Shown piece by piece: positions 1 through 9,593 of a stretch of DNA of 64,000 nt. The notes beneath the pieces are model-generated. The model ran no database searches. It was not told the origin of the DNA and saw nothing but the letters and a program-made list of their open reading frames with translations. The stretch is taken from positions 186,001 to 250,000 of IMG/VR virus record IMGVR_UViG_3300020810_001156; one strand, given 5' to 3'. The position numbers were made by a program, and so were the translations under genes. How positions within the stretch are numbered: the stretch's first letter is position 1; the number at the start of each line of letters is the position of its first letter.

Positions 1-1
1 G

Positions 2-1648
2 TTCATTGATACCGCTCGAGGTATTTGTCACGCTGGGCATGTACCTTACGAAGATTTCGTTTATTCTTCAAAGTATTTGGAAGGAGCACTTTTATGTTAC
101 CTAAAAAGAAAGGGTATTGTTGCACCTAACAAACCAGCTGATAGAAGAGAACGAATGGAAGCTCTTAAAGAGAATAAAGAAGAGAAGTTTATCGGAGCAT
201 ATGTAAAAGCACCAATTGTTGGTAAATATGATTGGATATATGATTTGGATTTAACTTCCCTATATCCATCTATTATTATGACTATCAATATTTCACCTGA
301 AACTAAGATGGGTAAAATTGAAGATTGGAGTGCTGAGGATTATGTTAAAGATAAAAGGGATAGTTGGGTTATCAATGGTGATACAATCACACAAGAAAAT
401 CTAAAAAAGTTTTTTGAAAGAAGTAAGTTTTCAGTTGCATCAAATGGTGTTCTTTATAGAACGGATAAAGTGGGTTGTATTCCTGATATTTTGGACTTGT
501 GGTTCTCTCAGAGGGTTGAGTTCAAAAACAAAATGAAAGAATATGGAAACAGTGGAGAAAAAGAAAAATACGAATGGTATAAGAAACGTCAGTTGGTTCA
601 GAAAATTCTACTTAATTCTTTATATGGTGTGCTTGGCCTTCCTGCCTTTAGGTTCTATGATGTTGATAATGCTACCGCTGTTACCACAACGGGACAGACA
701 GTTATTAAATCAACTGCGGATATGGCTAACATCAAATACAATAAGGAGCTTGGTACTCCTAATGCTGACTCTAATATATACATTGATACTGATTCTGTAT
801 TTTTCTCAGCAGCTCCACTTTTAGACCATAGGATTCCAAATTGGAAAGATAATGAGCAAGATACTATTGCTGGATTCGTAAATGATATTGCAGGTGAAAT
901 GCAAGATTATCTAAATGATTTTTATGATATTCTTGCTGAAAAAGTATTCAATGTAGATAAGGATAAACATCGATTTGAGATTAAGAAAGAATATGTTTCT
1001 AAATCAGGTATTTGGATTGCTAAGAAACGATATGCACAATGGATTATTTCCGATAATGGTGTACCTGTTGATAAGTTGGATGTAAAAGGATTAGATGTTG
1101 TTCGTTCATCATATCCAGCAGCATTTAGAAAGTTTATGAGTGAGGTTCTGATTGAAATCCTTAGAGGTGATACTGAAGAACAACTTACGAATAAAGTGTA
1201 TGATTTTAAAAAGAATCTACCAAATATGGATGTGGTGAAGATTGCAAAAGCTGGAGCTGTGAAAAACTTATCAAAGTATATGCCAAAGAAAAAGAATCAA
1301 ACAGCTATGTTCCAATTTCCATCTGGTTGTCCGGCGCATGTTAAAGCAGCAATTGCATATAATCAATTACTAAAACACTTTGGGGTGGAAAATCAATACG
1401 AACCCCTAAAGGATGGTGATAAGATTAAGTGGGTTTATCTAAAACAAAATCCATATGGGTTGGATGGTGTAGCTATGAATGGTTACAATGACCCACCTCA
1501 GATTATGGAACTGATTAACACTTATATCAATCACGATAAAATCTTCGAAAGAGAACTTCTAAAAAAATTAGAAGATTTCTACGGAGCATTAGATTGGGGA
1601 GAAGTTTTATCCTCAACAAAAACAGCTGAGAAATTTTTCTCATTTTAA
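2..1648 (+). CDS. Family B DNA polymerase (T4 gp43-like), 5' truncated by the window edge
   Basis: Motif A DLDLTSLYPSII, motif B KILLNSLYG, motif C YIDTDS, KKRY and KGLDVVRS. The frame is open from position 2, so the track start at 77 is not the real start. Confidence 0.97.
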   Translation, partial: FIDTARGICHAGHVPYEDFVYSSKYLEGALLCYLKRKGIVAPNKPADRRERMEALKENKEEKFIGAYVKAPIVGKYDWIYDLDLTSLYPSIIMTINISPETKMGKIEDWSAEDYVKDKRDSWVINGDTITQENLKKFFERSKFSVASNGVLYRTDKVGCIPDILDLWFSQRVEFKNKMKEYGNSGEKEKYEWYKKRQLVQKILLNSLYGVLGLPAFRFYDVDNATAVTTTGQTVIKSTADMANIKYNKELGTPNADSNIYIDTDSVFFSAAPLLDHRIPNWKDNEQDTIAGFVNDIAGEMQDYLNDFYDILAEKVFNVDKDKHRFEIKKEYVSKSGIWIAKKRYAQWIISDNGVPVDKLDVKGLDVVRSSYPAAFRKFMSEVLIEILRGDTEEQLTNKVYDFKKNLPNMDVVKIAKAGAVKNLSKYMPKKKNQTAMFQFPSGCPAHVKAAIAYNQLLKHFGVENQYEPLKDGDKIKWVYLKQNPYGLDGVAMNGYNDPPQIMELINTYINHDKIFERELLKKLEDFYGALDWGEVLSSTKTAEKFFSF

Positions 1649-1680
1649 TTTGGATAATTAAAAAATTATTCGTATATTTG
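1649..1680 (+). promoter_or_regulatory. Bacteroidota-type housekeeping sigma promoter (-33 TTTG / -7 TAnnTTTG)
   Basis: TTTG-N20-TATATTTG upstream of the clamp gene. One of 13 copies with the same spacing. Confidence 0.8.
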
Positions 1681-1712
1681 TAACACTTAAAAATAAATCT
1701 TAAAAGTAAATT

Positions 1713-2408
1713 ATGGAAAAAGTAAAATTCGATGGTTTCATCAATCGATACAATCTCGGTGGAGAGGTTGAATCAGTAATGGTAAAATCAGAAGGTTCTG
1801 ACCTTTCAGTTAGAATGATTTCTGATGACAAAACTCTTTTAGGGGATGTAACTTCAGCTAATACTGATTTCCCAAATGGGGAATTTGGTATTTATACTAC
1901 ATCTCAGTTGAAAGGGTTATTGAGTGTGTTAGATAACACTATTGAAGTAGAAGAAGTAACTGGAGCACTAAAGTTCTCTGATAAGGGAACAAAGATGCAG
2001 TATATGTTAGCAGCACCATCAGTTATCCCAGCGGTACCTGATTTAAAAGCACTTCCTCCCTTCAATGTAGAAGTAACACTAAACGATGAGTTCGTAAACA
2101 AATTTATCAAATCTAAGGGAGCATTAGCAGATGCTGATACTTTCACATTCACTTGTAAAAATAACAATGGAGAGATTATCTTAGGTTATTCTTCAATCAA
2201 TTCAAATAGAATTTCTATCTCAGTTGATTGTACTTGTGATGGTGATGTTGAACCAATCGCATTCTCTGCGAAATATCTAAAAGCTATCCTATTGGCTAAT
2301 AAAGGTTCAAATTCTTCTTCATTGAAGATTTCATCACAAGGTTTGGCACATCTAAACTTTGTTGATGGAGATTATACCAGCAATTACTATCTCGTAGAAA
2401 TTAAGTAA
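1713..2408 (+). CDS. DNA sliding clamp (gp45/PCNA-like)
   Basis: 231 aa, beta-rich two-domain pattern, C-terminal YTSNYYLVEIK. Lies between the polymerase and the clamp loader. Confidence 0.7.
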   Translation: MEKVKFDGFINRYNLGGEVESVMVKSEGSDLSVRMISDDKTLLGDVTSANTDFPNGEFGIYTTSQLKGLLSVLDNTIEVEEVTGALKFSDKGTKMQYMLAAPSVIPAVPDLKALPPFNVEVTLNDEFVNKFIKSKGALADADTFTFTCKNNNGEIILGYSSINSNRISISVDCTCDGDVEPIAFSAKYLKAILLANKGSNSSSLKISSQGLAHLNFVDGDYTSNYYLVEIK

Positions 2409-2410
2409 TT

Positions 2411-3628
2411 ATGAGTTTTTGGGATACTGAACCAGCAAAGCCAGAATTCATCTTTGAGGAGGAAAAAAGAAAACTCAAAGAGAATATGGATTATCTAATG
2501 ACAATGAGTGTTGAAGAACAAACTCTATACAAAAAGTGGGTAGAGTTGCAAGAATCTTCAATGCTTAGAGATAAATCCCAAATCGCTACTCTTTATGATA
2601 CTCAATGGAAACCAACTGATATCAACAATAAAGAACTAACCATCAAAGAAATTGAAGAGTTAGAACCTTATGTTGAAATTGTAGAGGATTCAGCTGAAGC
2701 TACAAAGTGGACTTATCTTAGAAAGATGATTCACACTATGAGTTGGACAGCTAATCCTGGTCGAAATGTGAAATTGTTTATCAAAGATAAGAAGAGTGGT
2801 AAATTGTTAGGTTTGGTATCACTAGCCTCAGATGTTACTTCTATGAAAGTAAGAGATGATTACATCGGATGGACTAAAGAAGATAAATTCAAAAAGGGAA
2901 AGTTGAACTACACAACTATCGCTTCCACCATCGTTTGTACCCAACCTTTAGGTTACAACTTTTTAGGTGGTAAACTCACCGCAATGATGACTACAGTTCC
3001 AGAAGTTAGAAATTATTGGAAAGAAAAGTATGGGCAAACATTGATAGGTGTAGGTACAACTTCCCTTTATGGAATTCATTCACAATATAATGGTATTCCG
3101 CATTTTAAAACTTTAGGAGAATCCGCTGGTAAGATTGCAATCAAACCTGATGATGAGTTCTATGACCCTTGGCACCAATGGTTGAAGGAAAATAGAGCAG
3201 ATTGGTACGAAAATGCAATCACTAACGAAAGAATCAGAAATGGTAAAAATATGGGAACTGGTGAAGGTGCTAGTGGACCTGTAAGTGGTATCAAACAAAA
3301 GATTCTTTCTCAGATTCTAAGAGAATGTGGTATCAAAGCATCTGATTATCATCACGGATTTAAAAGAGGTGTATATCTTGCTATGATGTACGAAAACGGA
3401 CCTGAGTTCCTCCGTTCAGAAATTGAAGAATCGGAACTTGTTATGAAGAAAAAGTTTGAAGATGGTGTAGATTACATCAACAATTGGTGGAAAAAACAAG
3501 CAATCAAACGATATTCTAAGTTGCATGATGAAGGTAGATTAAAACCTGAAGATTTATTCTATATCGATGGTATTGGTAAAGATTGGGAAACCTTCAAATC
3601 AGAAAGATTAAAAGAAGTAGGTAGATAA
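2411..3628 (+). CDS. DUF4338 / Druantia DruA-like protein
   Basis: GRNVKLFIKD..GKLLGL, RDDYIGW, PLGYNFLGGKL and TTSLYG..SQYN match the DruA/DUF4338 signature. Confidence 0.75.
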   Translation: MSFWDTEPAKPEFIFEEEKRKLKENMDYLMTMSVEEQTLYKKWVELQESSMLRDKSQIATLYDTQWKPTDINNKELTIKEIEELEPYVEIVEDSAEATKWTYLRKMIHTMSWTANPGRNVKLFIKDKKSGKLLGLVSLASDVTSMKVRDDYIGWTKEDKFKKGKLNYTTIASTIVCTQPLGYNFLGGKLTAMMTTVPEVRNYWKEKYGQTLIGVGTTSLYGIHSQYNGIPHFKTLGESAGKIAIKPDDEFYDPWHQWLKENRADWYENAITNERIRNGKNMGTGEGASGPVSGIKQKILSQILRECGIKASDYHHGFKRGVYLAMMYENGPEFLRSEIEESELVMKKKFEDGVDYINNWWKKQAIKRYSKLHDEGRLKPEDLFYIDGIGKDWETFKSERLKEVGR

Positions 3629-3638
3629 AATATAAATT

Positions 3639-4586
3639 ATGGGATTTTTTGAAGAAACTAATAATGAACAAGTAGATAACTCACTTTGGGTAGAATCATA
3701 TCGCCCAACTACTTTAGAAAATTATGTGGGTAATGAACACTTAAAAGAAAAAGTAAGTGGTTATTTAGAAACAGGTGATGTACCTCACTTACTTCTTTAT
3801 GGTAGAGCTGGTACTGGTAAGACAACTCTTGCCAAATTGATTGTAAAATCATTAGATTGTGATTATATGGTAATCAACGCATCTGATGAGAACAATGTGG
3901 AAACTGTAAGAAATAAAGTAAAAGGATTCGCATCATCGATGGGATTCAAAAAGTATAAAATCATTATCTTAGATGAGTTTGATTATATGTCTCAGAACGC
4001 ACAAGCGATTCTTAGAAATCTTATGGAAACATTTTCACAACATTGTAGATTCATTTTGACTTGTAACTATGTTGAGAAAGTTATTGACCCTATCCAAAGT
4101 AGATGTCAAACTTTCCAAATCATTCCTCCTACTAAAAAGGATGTAGCAGTTCAAATCTCAAAGATTCTTAAAAATGAAGAAGTAAAGTTTGAACCAAAAG
4201 ATTTAGTTCCAATTATTGATGCTGGATATCCTGATATTAGAAAGATTATCAATACTTGTCAATTAAACTCAATCAAAGGTGAGTTGAAAGTAGATACTCA
4301 AAACCTTTTAGAGAATGATTACAAAATGAAAGTTTTGGATATCCTAAAATCTTCGGATGATAAGAGAAACAAATATGTGAATATGAGACAAACTATCATT
4401 GATAGTAGAGTAACTGATTTCTCAGAATTATTTACTCTCTTATATGAAAAGGTAGATGAGTACGCTCCACAAAACACAGCGAATGTAATCATCGCTCTTT
4501 CTGAAGGACAGAATAAACACTTCAACGCTATTGATAAAGAGATACCAATGGCAGCAACTTTGATTGAAATTTTAAACTTAATATAA
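3639..4586 (+). CDS. Clamp loader AAA+ subunit (RFC small subunit / T4 gp44-like)
   Basis: LWVESYRP, Walker A GRAGTGKT, INASD, Walker B ILDEFD and the SRC motif. Confidence 0.95.
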   Translation: MGFFEETNNEQVDNSLWVESYRPTTLENYVGNEHLKEKVSGYLETGDVPHLLLYGRAGTGKTTLAKLIVKSLDCDYMVINASDENNVETVRNKVKGFASSMGFKKYKIIILDEFDYMSQNAQAILRNLMETFSQHCRFILTCNYVEKVIDPIQSRCQTFQIIPPTKKDVAVQISKILKNEEVKFEPKDLVPIIDAGYPDIRKIINTCQLNSIKGELKVDTQNLLENDYKMKVLDILKSSDDKRNKYVNMRQTIIDSRVTDFSELFTLLYEKVDEYAPQNTANVIIALSEGQNKHFNAIDKEIPMAATLIEILNLI

Positions 4587-4897
4587 TGGCAAATATAATT
4601 GGTAAAGGTGGTAGTAAACCACAAAAAGCATCAGAACAAAGTACACAACAATCACCAAAGATTGATTTAGGTAAATCAACTCCCGTTGTTTGTGCTCATT
4701 GTGGATATGATGTATTTGTAGATGGTGCTAAATTTAGAAAAATCTCAAAACTAATCACTGGTACTCCGCAAGATGTAGTTGTACCAATTGAAGTAATGTT
4801 ATGTGGTAATTGTGGTGAGATTTGTGAAGAATTACTACCAGAACAAATGAAAGTATTAAACGAAATTGATAAAAGAAATTCTGAGGAGAATGCCTAA
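4586..4897 (+). CDS. Small zinc-ribbon protein
   Basis: CAHC...CGNC pairs; translationally coupled to its neighbours. Confidence 0.6.
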   Translation: MANIIGKGGSKPQKASEQSTQQSPKIDLGKSTPVVCAHCGYDVFVDGAKFRKISKLITGTPQDVVVPIEVMLCGNCGEICEELLPEQMKVLNEIDKRNSEENA

Positions 4898-5339
4898 ATC
4901 GTTGTTTGACCACATAAAAGCAATTACCAATGAGCAAGACCCTAAGTATTGGGATAAGTTAGAGGAAGCTGATAAGAAAACATTTTCTAACTATATGGTA
5001 CTTCGTTTTCTATCTATGAAATATGAGTGGGTAGAAACCATTGCAGCAGTTCAACCATATTTACAGGAAGTTCCTCCTAAAGCAATGTATTTGGCTATGA
5101 TTGATTTACTTCCAAAGGGTAGGCACTTTATGAAGTATATGAAAGCTAAAACTGCCGATAAATACGAAGGTTGGTTAGTAGAGTTGGTAGCTAAACATTA
5201 TGAAACCTCAAAGTTAGAAGCAGAAGATTACTTAAAGATTCTATATGCTAGTAGAACTGGTAAGGAAAGAATCAAACAATTATCAGAGGATTATGGAACT
5301 GACCCAAAGATAATTAAGAAATTAAAATTAAAAATATAA
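4890..5339 (+). CDS. Clamp loader small subunit (T4 gp62-like)
   Basis: FSNYMVLRFLSM, LPKGRHFMKYMK and ELVAKHY..S..EAEDYLKIL fit the gp62 pattern. Start moved to the ATG at 4890. Confidence 0.75.
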   Translation: MPKSLFDHIKAITNEQDPKYWDKLEEADKKTFSNYMVLRFLSMKYEWVETIAAVQPYLQEVPPKAMYLAMIDLLPKGRHFMKYMKAKTADKYEGWLVELVAKHYETSKLEAEDYLKILYASRTGKERIKQLSEDYGTDPKIIKKLKLKI

Positions 5340-5349
5340 TTGAGAAAAG

Positions 5350-5381
5350 TTTGGAAATCCCAAACTTTTTTCGTATATTTG
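5350..5381 (+). promoter_or_regulatory. Bacteroidota-type promoter with an inverted repeat over the -33 box
   Basis: TTTG-N20-TATATTTG with the palindrome AAAAGTTTGG-aaatc-CCAAACTTTT. Confidence 0.8.
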
Positions 5382-5399
5382 TATAACAAATAGAAGTTT

Positions 5400-6269
5400 A
5401 TGGCAAAAGTAAGTTTTTCACAATATCAACTATATTCATCTTGTCCTCGTGCATATAAACTGAGGTACATAGATAAGTTGGGTGAATCATCTGCTAACAT
5501 TTATACAATCTTCGGAACAGCTATCCACGAAACCATACAACATTTCCTTTCAGTTATGTATGGAGTTTCGAAAAAACAAGCTATGGAAATTGATACCGAT
5601 AAGTTGTTGTTAGAATGGATGCGAAAAGAATACATCAAAGAGAACGAAAAGTTGACGGAAGGGAGTGTATGTACTCAGTTGGAGTTAGAAGAGTTCTATG
5701 GTGATGGTAGAAGAATATTAGAATGGTTTAAAAAGAAATTAGATAAGTTTTACACAAAGACTGGTTTTGAATTGGTAGGTATTGAATTACCCCTAAACGC
5801 AAAAGTAAAGGAAGGTGTAAACTTCATCGGATTTGTGGATATCGTAATGAAAGATTTATCAGATAATTCAATCATCATTATTGATTTGAAAACATCAACA
5901 ATGGGTTGGAACAAATACGCTAAAGCTGATAAATACAAAAACGCTCAGATTGTTCTTTATAAGAAATACTATTCAGAACTATTCAATGTTCCTTTAGATA
6001 AAATCAAAGTTGAATATCAGATTATGAGGAGAAAACTCTATGAGGATGCTCCTTTCCCAATTCCTTATATGTCTAGGCATGTACCTGCTAATGGTAAACC
6101 AACTGTAAACAAAGTTTATAATGAGTTTATGGGATTCGTTAATGAGGTATTTGATGATGAAGGTAAGTTCAACGATTTGCCTTATCCAAAGGTGCCGGGT
6201 GAACGGAAAAAGAATTGTAAGTTTTGTGAATTCCTTCAAAGAGGAATTTGTGATGGAAATCCATCGTAA
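5400..6269 (+). CDS. PD-(D/E)XK exonuclease, RecB/Cas4-like with a probable Fe-S cluster
   Basis: SFSQ..CP, GTAIHE, GFVD, IIDLKT, and C-terminal CKFC...C. Confidence 0.85.
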   Translation: MAKVSFSQYQLYSSCPRAYKLRYIDKLGESSANIYTIFGTAIHETIQHFLSVMYGVSKKQAMEIDTDKLLLEWMRKEYIKENEKLTEGSVCTQLELEEFYGDGRRILEWFKKKLDKFYTKTGFELVGIELPLNAKVKEGVNFIGFVDIVMKDLSDNSIIIIDLKTSTMGWNKYAKADKYKNAQIVLYKKYYSELFNVPLDKIKVEYQIMRRKLYEDAPFPIPYMSRHVPANGKPTVNKVYNEFMGFVNEVFDDEGKFNDLPYPKVPGERKKNCKFCEFLQRGICDGNPS

Positions 6270-6283
6270 AAATATATTTCTAT

Positions 6284-6291
6284 ATACTTAT
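6284..6291 (+). promoter_or_regulatory. Putative phage late-promoter motif (ATAYTTAT)
   Basis: Intergenic ATACTTAT ahead of the glycan cluster; the motif recurs through the window. Confidence 0.5.
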
Positions 6292-6315
6292 ATATAAACA
6301 TATAATTTGTATATT

Positions 6316-6513
6316 ATGAGTGTAGAAACTAAACTAACAACTGTAAAGATTATAAAGGGTGTTTATTCTAACTTTAAAAGGGTTTCTTTTGAATCTGATG
6401 TAACACTTCAAAAATTAGTAAACAGAACAGTTGAACGATATGTAACCGATGAACAATTTAGAGAAGAGATGAATGAATATCTTAAACTCCAAATTTCAGG
6501 TTCACAATTTTAA
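6316..6513 (+). CDS. Small putative DNA-binding protein (ribbon-helix-helix-like)
   Basis: Beta strand LTTVKI followed by two helices (..TLQKLVNRTVERY). Confidence 0.45.
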   Translation: MSVETKLTTVKIIKGVYSNFKRVSFESDVTLQKLVNRTVERYVTDEQFREEMNEYLKLQISGSQF

Positions 6514-6535
6514 AAAAAAGTTATTTAAATAAGTT

Positions 6536-7927
6536 ATGAGTAAAAAGAAAAAGATTCTTCTTCTTTCAGATGATTTAAGAATGGCGAGTGGTATCGCCAC
6601 TATGAGTAAAGCGTTGGTAATGGGAACTGTTGATAAATACGATTGGTTCCAAGTAGGTGCAGCAATTAACCACCCTGATAAAGGTAAAATTTTAGATGTA
6701 TCGGCTGATATTCAAAAACAAACTGGTGTCGAAGATGCATCGGTTAAAATACTTCCGTGGACTGGATATGGTAACGCTGATTTGGTTAGACAATTACTAA
6801 ATACTGAAAGGCCTGATGCTATTCTTCACTTTACTGACCCAAGATATTGGATTTGGTTGTATGAAATGGAACATGAGTTAAGGCAAAACATTCCTATTTT
6901 ATTCTATGCAATTTGGGATGATTTACCAGACCCACTTTACAATAGAAATTATTATGAGAGTTGTGATTGGATTGGTTGTATTTCAAGACAAACTTATGGT
7001 ATTGTATCTCGTTTGACAAGTAGAACTGATAAACCAACTTGGAAACCTCATAAAGATTGGCAGGTATCTTATGTTCCTCATGGTATTAATCCAAATGAAT
7101 ACAAACCAATTGATGTACCTAAACCATTTAGAGATGAAATATTAGCTGGAAATGAGTACGATTATGTATTCTTCTGGTCAAATCGTAATATTCGTAGAAA
7201 ACAACCTTCGGATGTGATTATGGCATTTAAGGATTTTTGTAATAGAATAGGTGAAGAAAAAGCTAAGAAAGTTGCATTAGTAATGCATACCCAACCAACT
7301 GACCAAAATGGTACTGATTTACCAAAAGTTCATCAGACATTAGCACCCGAATGTAATGTAATATTTTCAGATAAACGAAGAAGCGTAGCTGAACTGAATT
7401 ATCTTTATAATATAGCAGATTGTACAATTAACATTGCAGGTAATGAAGGGTTTGGGTTAACAACTGCAGAATCGGTAATGAGTGGTACACCTATTATTGT
7501 AAATGTTACAGGTGGATTACAAGACCAATGTGGATTCAGATTTAAAGATACTGGAGAACTTCTAACTGCTGAAGATTACAAAGAAATCGGTTCACTTCAC
7601 AAATGGAGAGATTGGGAAGATAAACTAACTTGGGGAGAATGGGCAAGACCAGTTTGGAGTAGAGCCCAAACTATGGCAGGGTCAGTTCCTACCCCATATA
7701 TTTGGGATGATAAGATTGATGTATATGATGTGGCAACTGCTATGGAAGAAATGTACAAAAAACCCAAATCAGAACTGAAAGAAGCTGGTTTAAAAGGTAG
7801 AGAGATGTTCAAAGGTGAAATGGGGTTAGTAAACACAAATATGTGTCAAACTTTAGTAGATGGAATCGAAGGAACATTTGAAAATTGGAAACCAAGAAAA
7901 AAATACGAATTATTTAAAATTAAGTAA
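6536..7927 (+). CDS. Glycosyltransferase, GT-B fold (GT4-like)
   Basis: YVPHG, NRNIRRKQ and EGFGLTTAESVMSGTPII. Confidence 0.9.
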   Translation: MSKKKKILLLSDDLRMASGIATMSKALVMGTVDKYDWFQVGAAINHPDKGKILDVSADIQKQTGVEDASVKILPWTGYGNADLVRQLLNTERPDAILHFTDPRYWIWLYEMEHELRQNIPILFYAIWDDLPDPLYNRNYYESCDWIGCISRQTYGIVSRLTSRTDKPTWKPHKDWQVSYVPHGINPNEYKPIDVPKPFRDEILAGNEYDYVFFWSNRNIRRKQPSDVIMAFKDFCNRIGEEKAKKVALVMHTQPTDQNGTDLPKVHQTLAPECNVIFSDKRRSVAELNYLYNIADCTINIAGNEGFGLTTAESVMSGTPIIVNVTGGLQDQCGFRFKDTGELLTAEDYKEIGSLHKWRDWEDKLTWGEWARPVWSRAQTMAGSVPTPYIWDDKIDVYDVATAMEEMYKKPKSELKEAGLKGREMFKGEMGLVNTNMCQTLVDGIEGTFENWKPRKKYELFKIK

Positions 7928-7928
7928 T

Positions 7929-8285
7929 ATGAATGATGTAAACAATTGTAATCACATAAATAATCTATACTTTAGAGCATTTAATGAAAAAAATTTAGAT
8001 GTATTGGCATCTCAAGTATATTCACCAAATGTTGTATTAAAAGATTGGGTTGGTGAATGGGTTGGTAGAGATAATGTTTTGTTGGAAAATAAAAAGTTTT
8101 TTGAAAATGAGTTTACTTTAACAGTTGAAAATACAATTATGGGATTTGATAATGATATGCACTTAGTTACTGCAAAAAATGATATTGTTATTGAGATTGG
8201 TGGAGAAACTATAAACGCAGTTGATGAATTAGTATTTGAACAAAATTCATCACGCATAAGAAGTATTACAGCATATAAAAGATAA
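7929..8285 (+). CDS. NTF2/SnoaL-like protein
   Basis: YFRAFNEKNLD..L..VVLKDW..G, C-terminal IRSITAYK. Start moved to the ATG at 7929. Confidence 0.7.
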   Translation: MNDVNNCNHINNLYFRAFNEKNLDVLASQVYSPNVVLKDWVGEWVGRDNVLLENKKFFENEFTLTVENTIMGFDNDMHLVTAKNDIVIEIGGETINAVDELVFEQNSSRIRSITAYKR

Positions 8286-8291
8286 GAAGTT

Positions 8292-9593
8292 ATGAACAAA
8301 CCTTTATTAGTATTTCAAGCTCCTGTATTTACTCGAAGTGGTTATGGAGACCATTCGAGAGATATTCTTAGAAGCTTATTTAAAATGGAAAAGTACGATG
8401 TAAAAATTGTACCAATGAGGTGGGGAAATACCCCACAAGACCAAGCAGACCCTTCTACAGAATTTGGTCAGAAGATGTTATCAAATGTTGTAACTCAATT
8501 AGATAGAAAACCTGATATTTTTATGCAAATGTCAGTTGCAAACGAATTTGAACCAAAGGGTAACTTTAATATTGGTATTACTGCAGGTGTAGAAACTACA
8601 ATACTTCCAAAAGAATTTATTGAAGGTTCTAATAAAATGGATTTAATAATAGTACCATCAGAATTTACAAAAAAATTAATGATTGGAACTGCATATCAAG
8701 AAAAAAATCAACAAACAGGTCAAATTGTACGAGAAATTAGAGTTACAAAACCAGTTGAAGTTTTATTTGAAGGTGTTGATTTGGATAGATACTTAAACTA
8801 CCCAAAATCGGATACTGATATCTTAGAAGGTATTCAGACTGATTTCAACTTCTTATTTGTAGGACATTGGTTAAAGGGGCATTTAGGGCAGGATAGAAAA
8901 GATATTGGAATGATGATTAAAACATTCGCTACTGTATTTAAATTTTTACCAATGGAAAAAAGACCTGGTCTTATTCTTAAAACATCTCACGCTGGATTTT
9001 CTGTAATTGATAGAGAAAATATTAGAGAAAAGGTTGATAATATTCTTAATGGTATGGATAAAAAGGATATTCCACCAATTTACATATTACATGGTGATTT
9101 AGATGATACAGAAATGGGTCAACTATATAATCATCCAAAAGTAAAGGCAATGGTATCATTTACCAAAGGTGAAGGATACGGTAGACCACTTGCAGAATTT
9201 GCTTTAAGTGGTAAACCTATTATTGTTTCAAGGTGGAGTGGTCAAGTTGATTTCTTACCTGAACAACATACTGTTTTCTTAGATGGACAATTAACTCCGG
9301 TAGATGAATCAGCAGCTGATAAATTTATCTTAAAAGATTCTAAATGGTTTAGTGTAAACTACTCAGATGCAGCAAATAAATTTTATAAAGTTTTTAATGA
9401 ATATGATTCTTATTTAAAACAATCAGCTGGATTAAAAACAAATATTATCAATAATTTTAGTTTGGAAAAAATGGATAAAGTTTTTGAAGAAATGATGGAA
9501 AATTACACATCATCGGTTCCTCAAATAAAACCATTTAATTTACCCAAATTGAATAAAAATAAAATGAATATTCCTAAATTAAATAAAGTATAA
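8292..9593 (+). CDS. Glycosyltransferase, GT-B fold (GT4-like)
   Basis: SGYG, DRKDI and GEGYGRPLAEF..GKPII..WSGQVDF. Confidence 0.9.
   Translation: MNKPLLVFQAPVFTRSGYGDHSRDILRSLFKMEKYDVKIVPMRWGNTPQDQADPSTEFGQKMLSNVVTQLDRKPDIFMQMSVANEFEPKGNFNIGITAGVETTILPKEFIEGSNKMDLIIVPSEFTKKLMIGTAYQEKNQQTGQIVREIRVTKPVEVLFEGVDLDRYLNYPKSDTDILEGIQTDFNFLFVGHWLKGHLGQDRKDIGMMIKTFATVFKFLPMEKRPGLILKTSHAGFSVIDRENIREKVDNILNGMDKKDIPPIYILHGDLDDTEMGQLYNHPKVKAMVSFTKGEGYGRPLAEFALSGKPIIVSRWSGQVDFLPEQHTVFLDGQLTPVDESAADKFILKDSKWFSVNYSDAANKFYKVFNEYDSYLKQSAGLKTNIINNFSLEKMDKVFEEMMENYTSSVPQIKPFNLPKLNKNKMNIPKLNKV

Noticed and set aside
2411-3628. Complete Druantia defence system
   Set aside because: No DruE helicase or other dru genes in the window.
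1-5339. Archaeal or eukaryotic-virus origin suggested by PolB, a PCNA-like clamp and RFC
   Set aside because: The gp62-like subunit, bacterial promoters and terminators, bS21, GroEL/ES and the TonB receptor fit a T4-like bacteriophage better.
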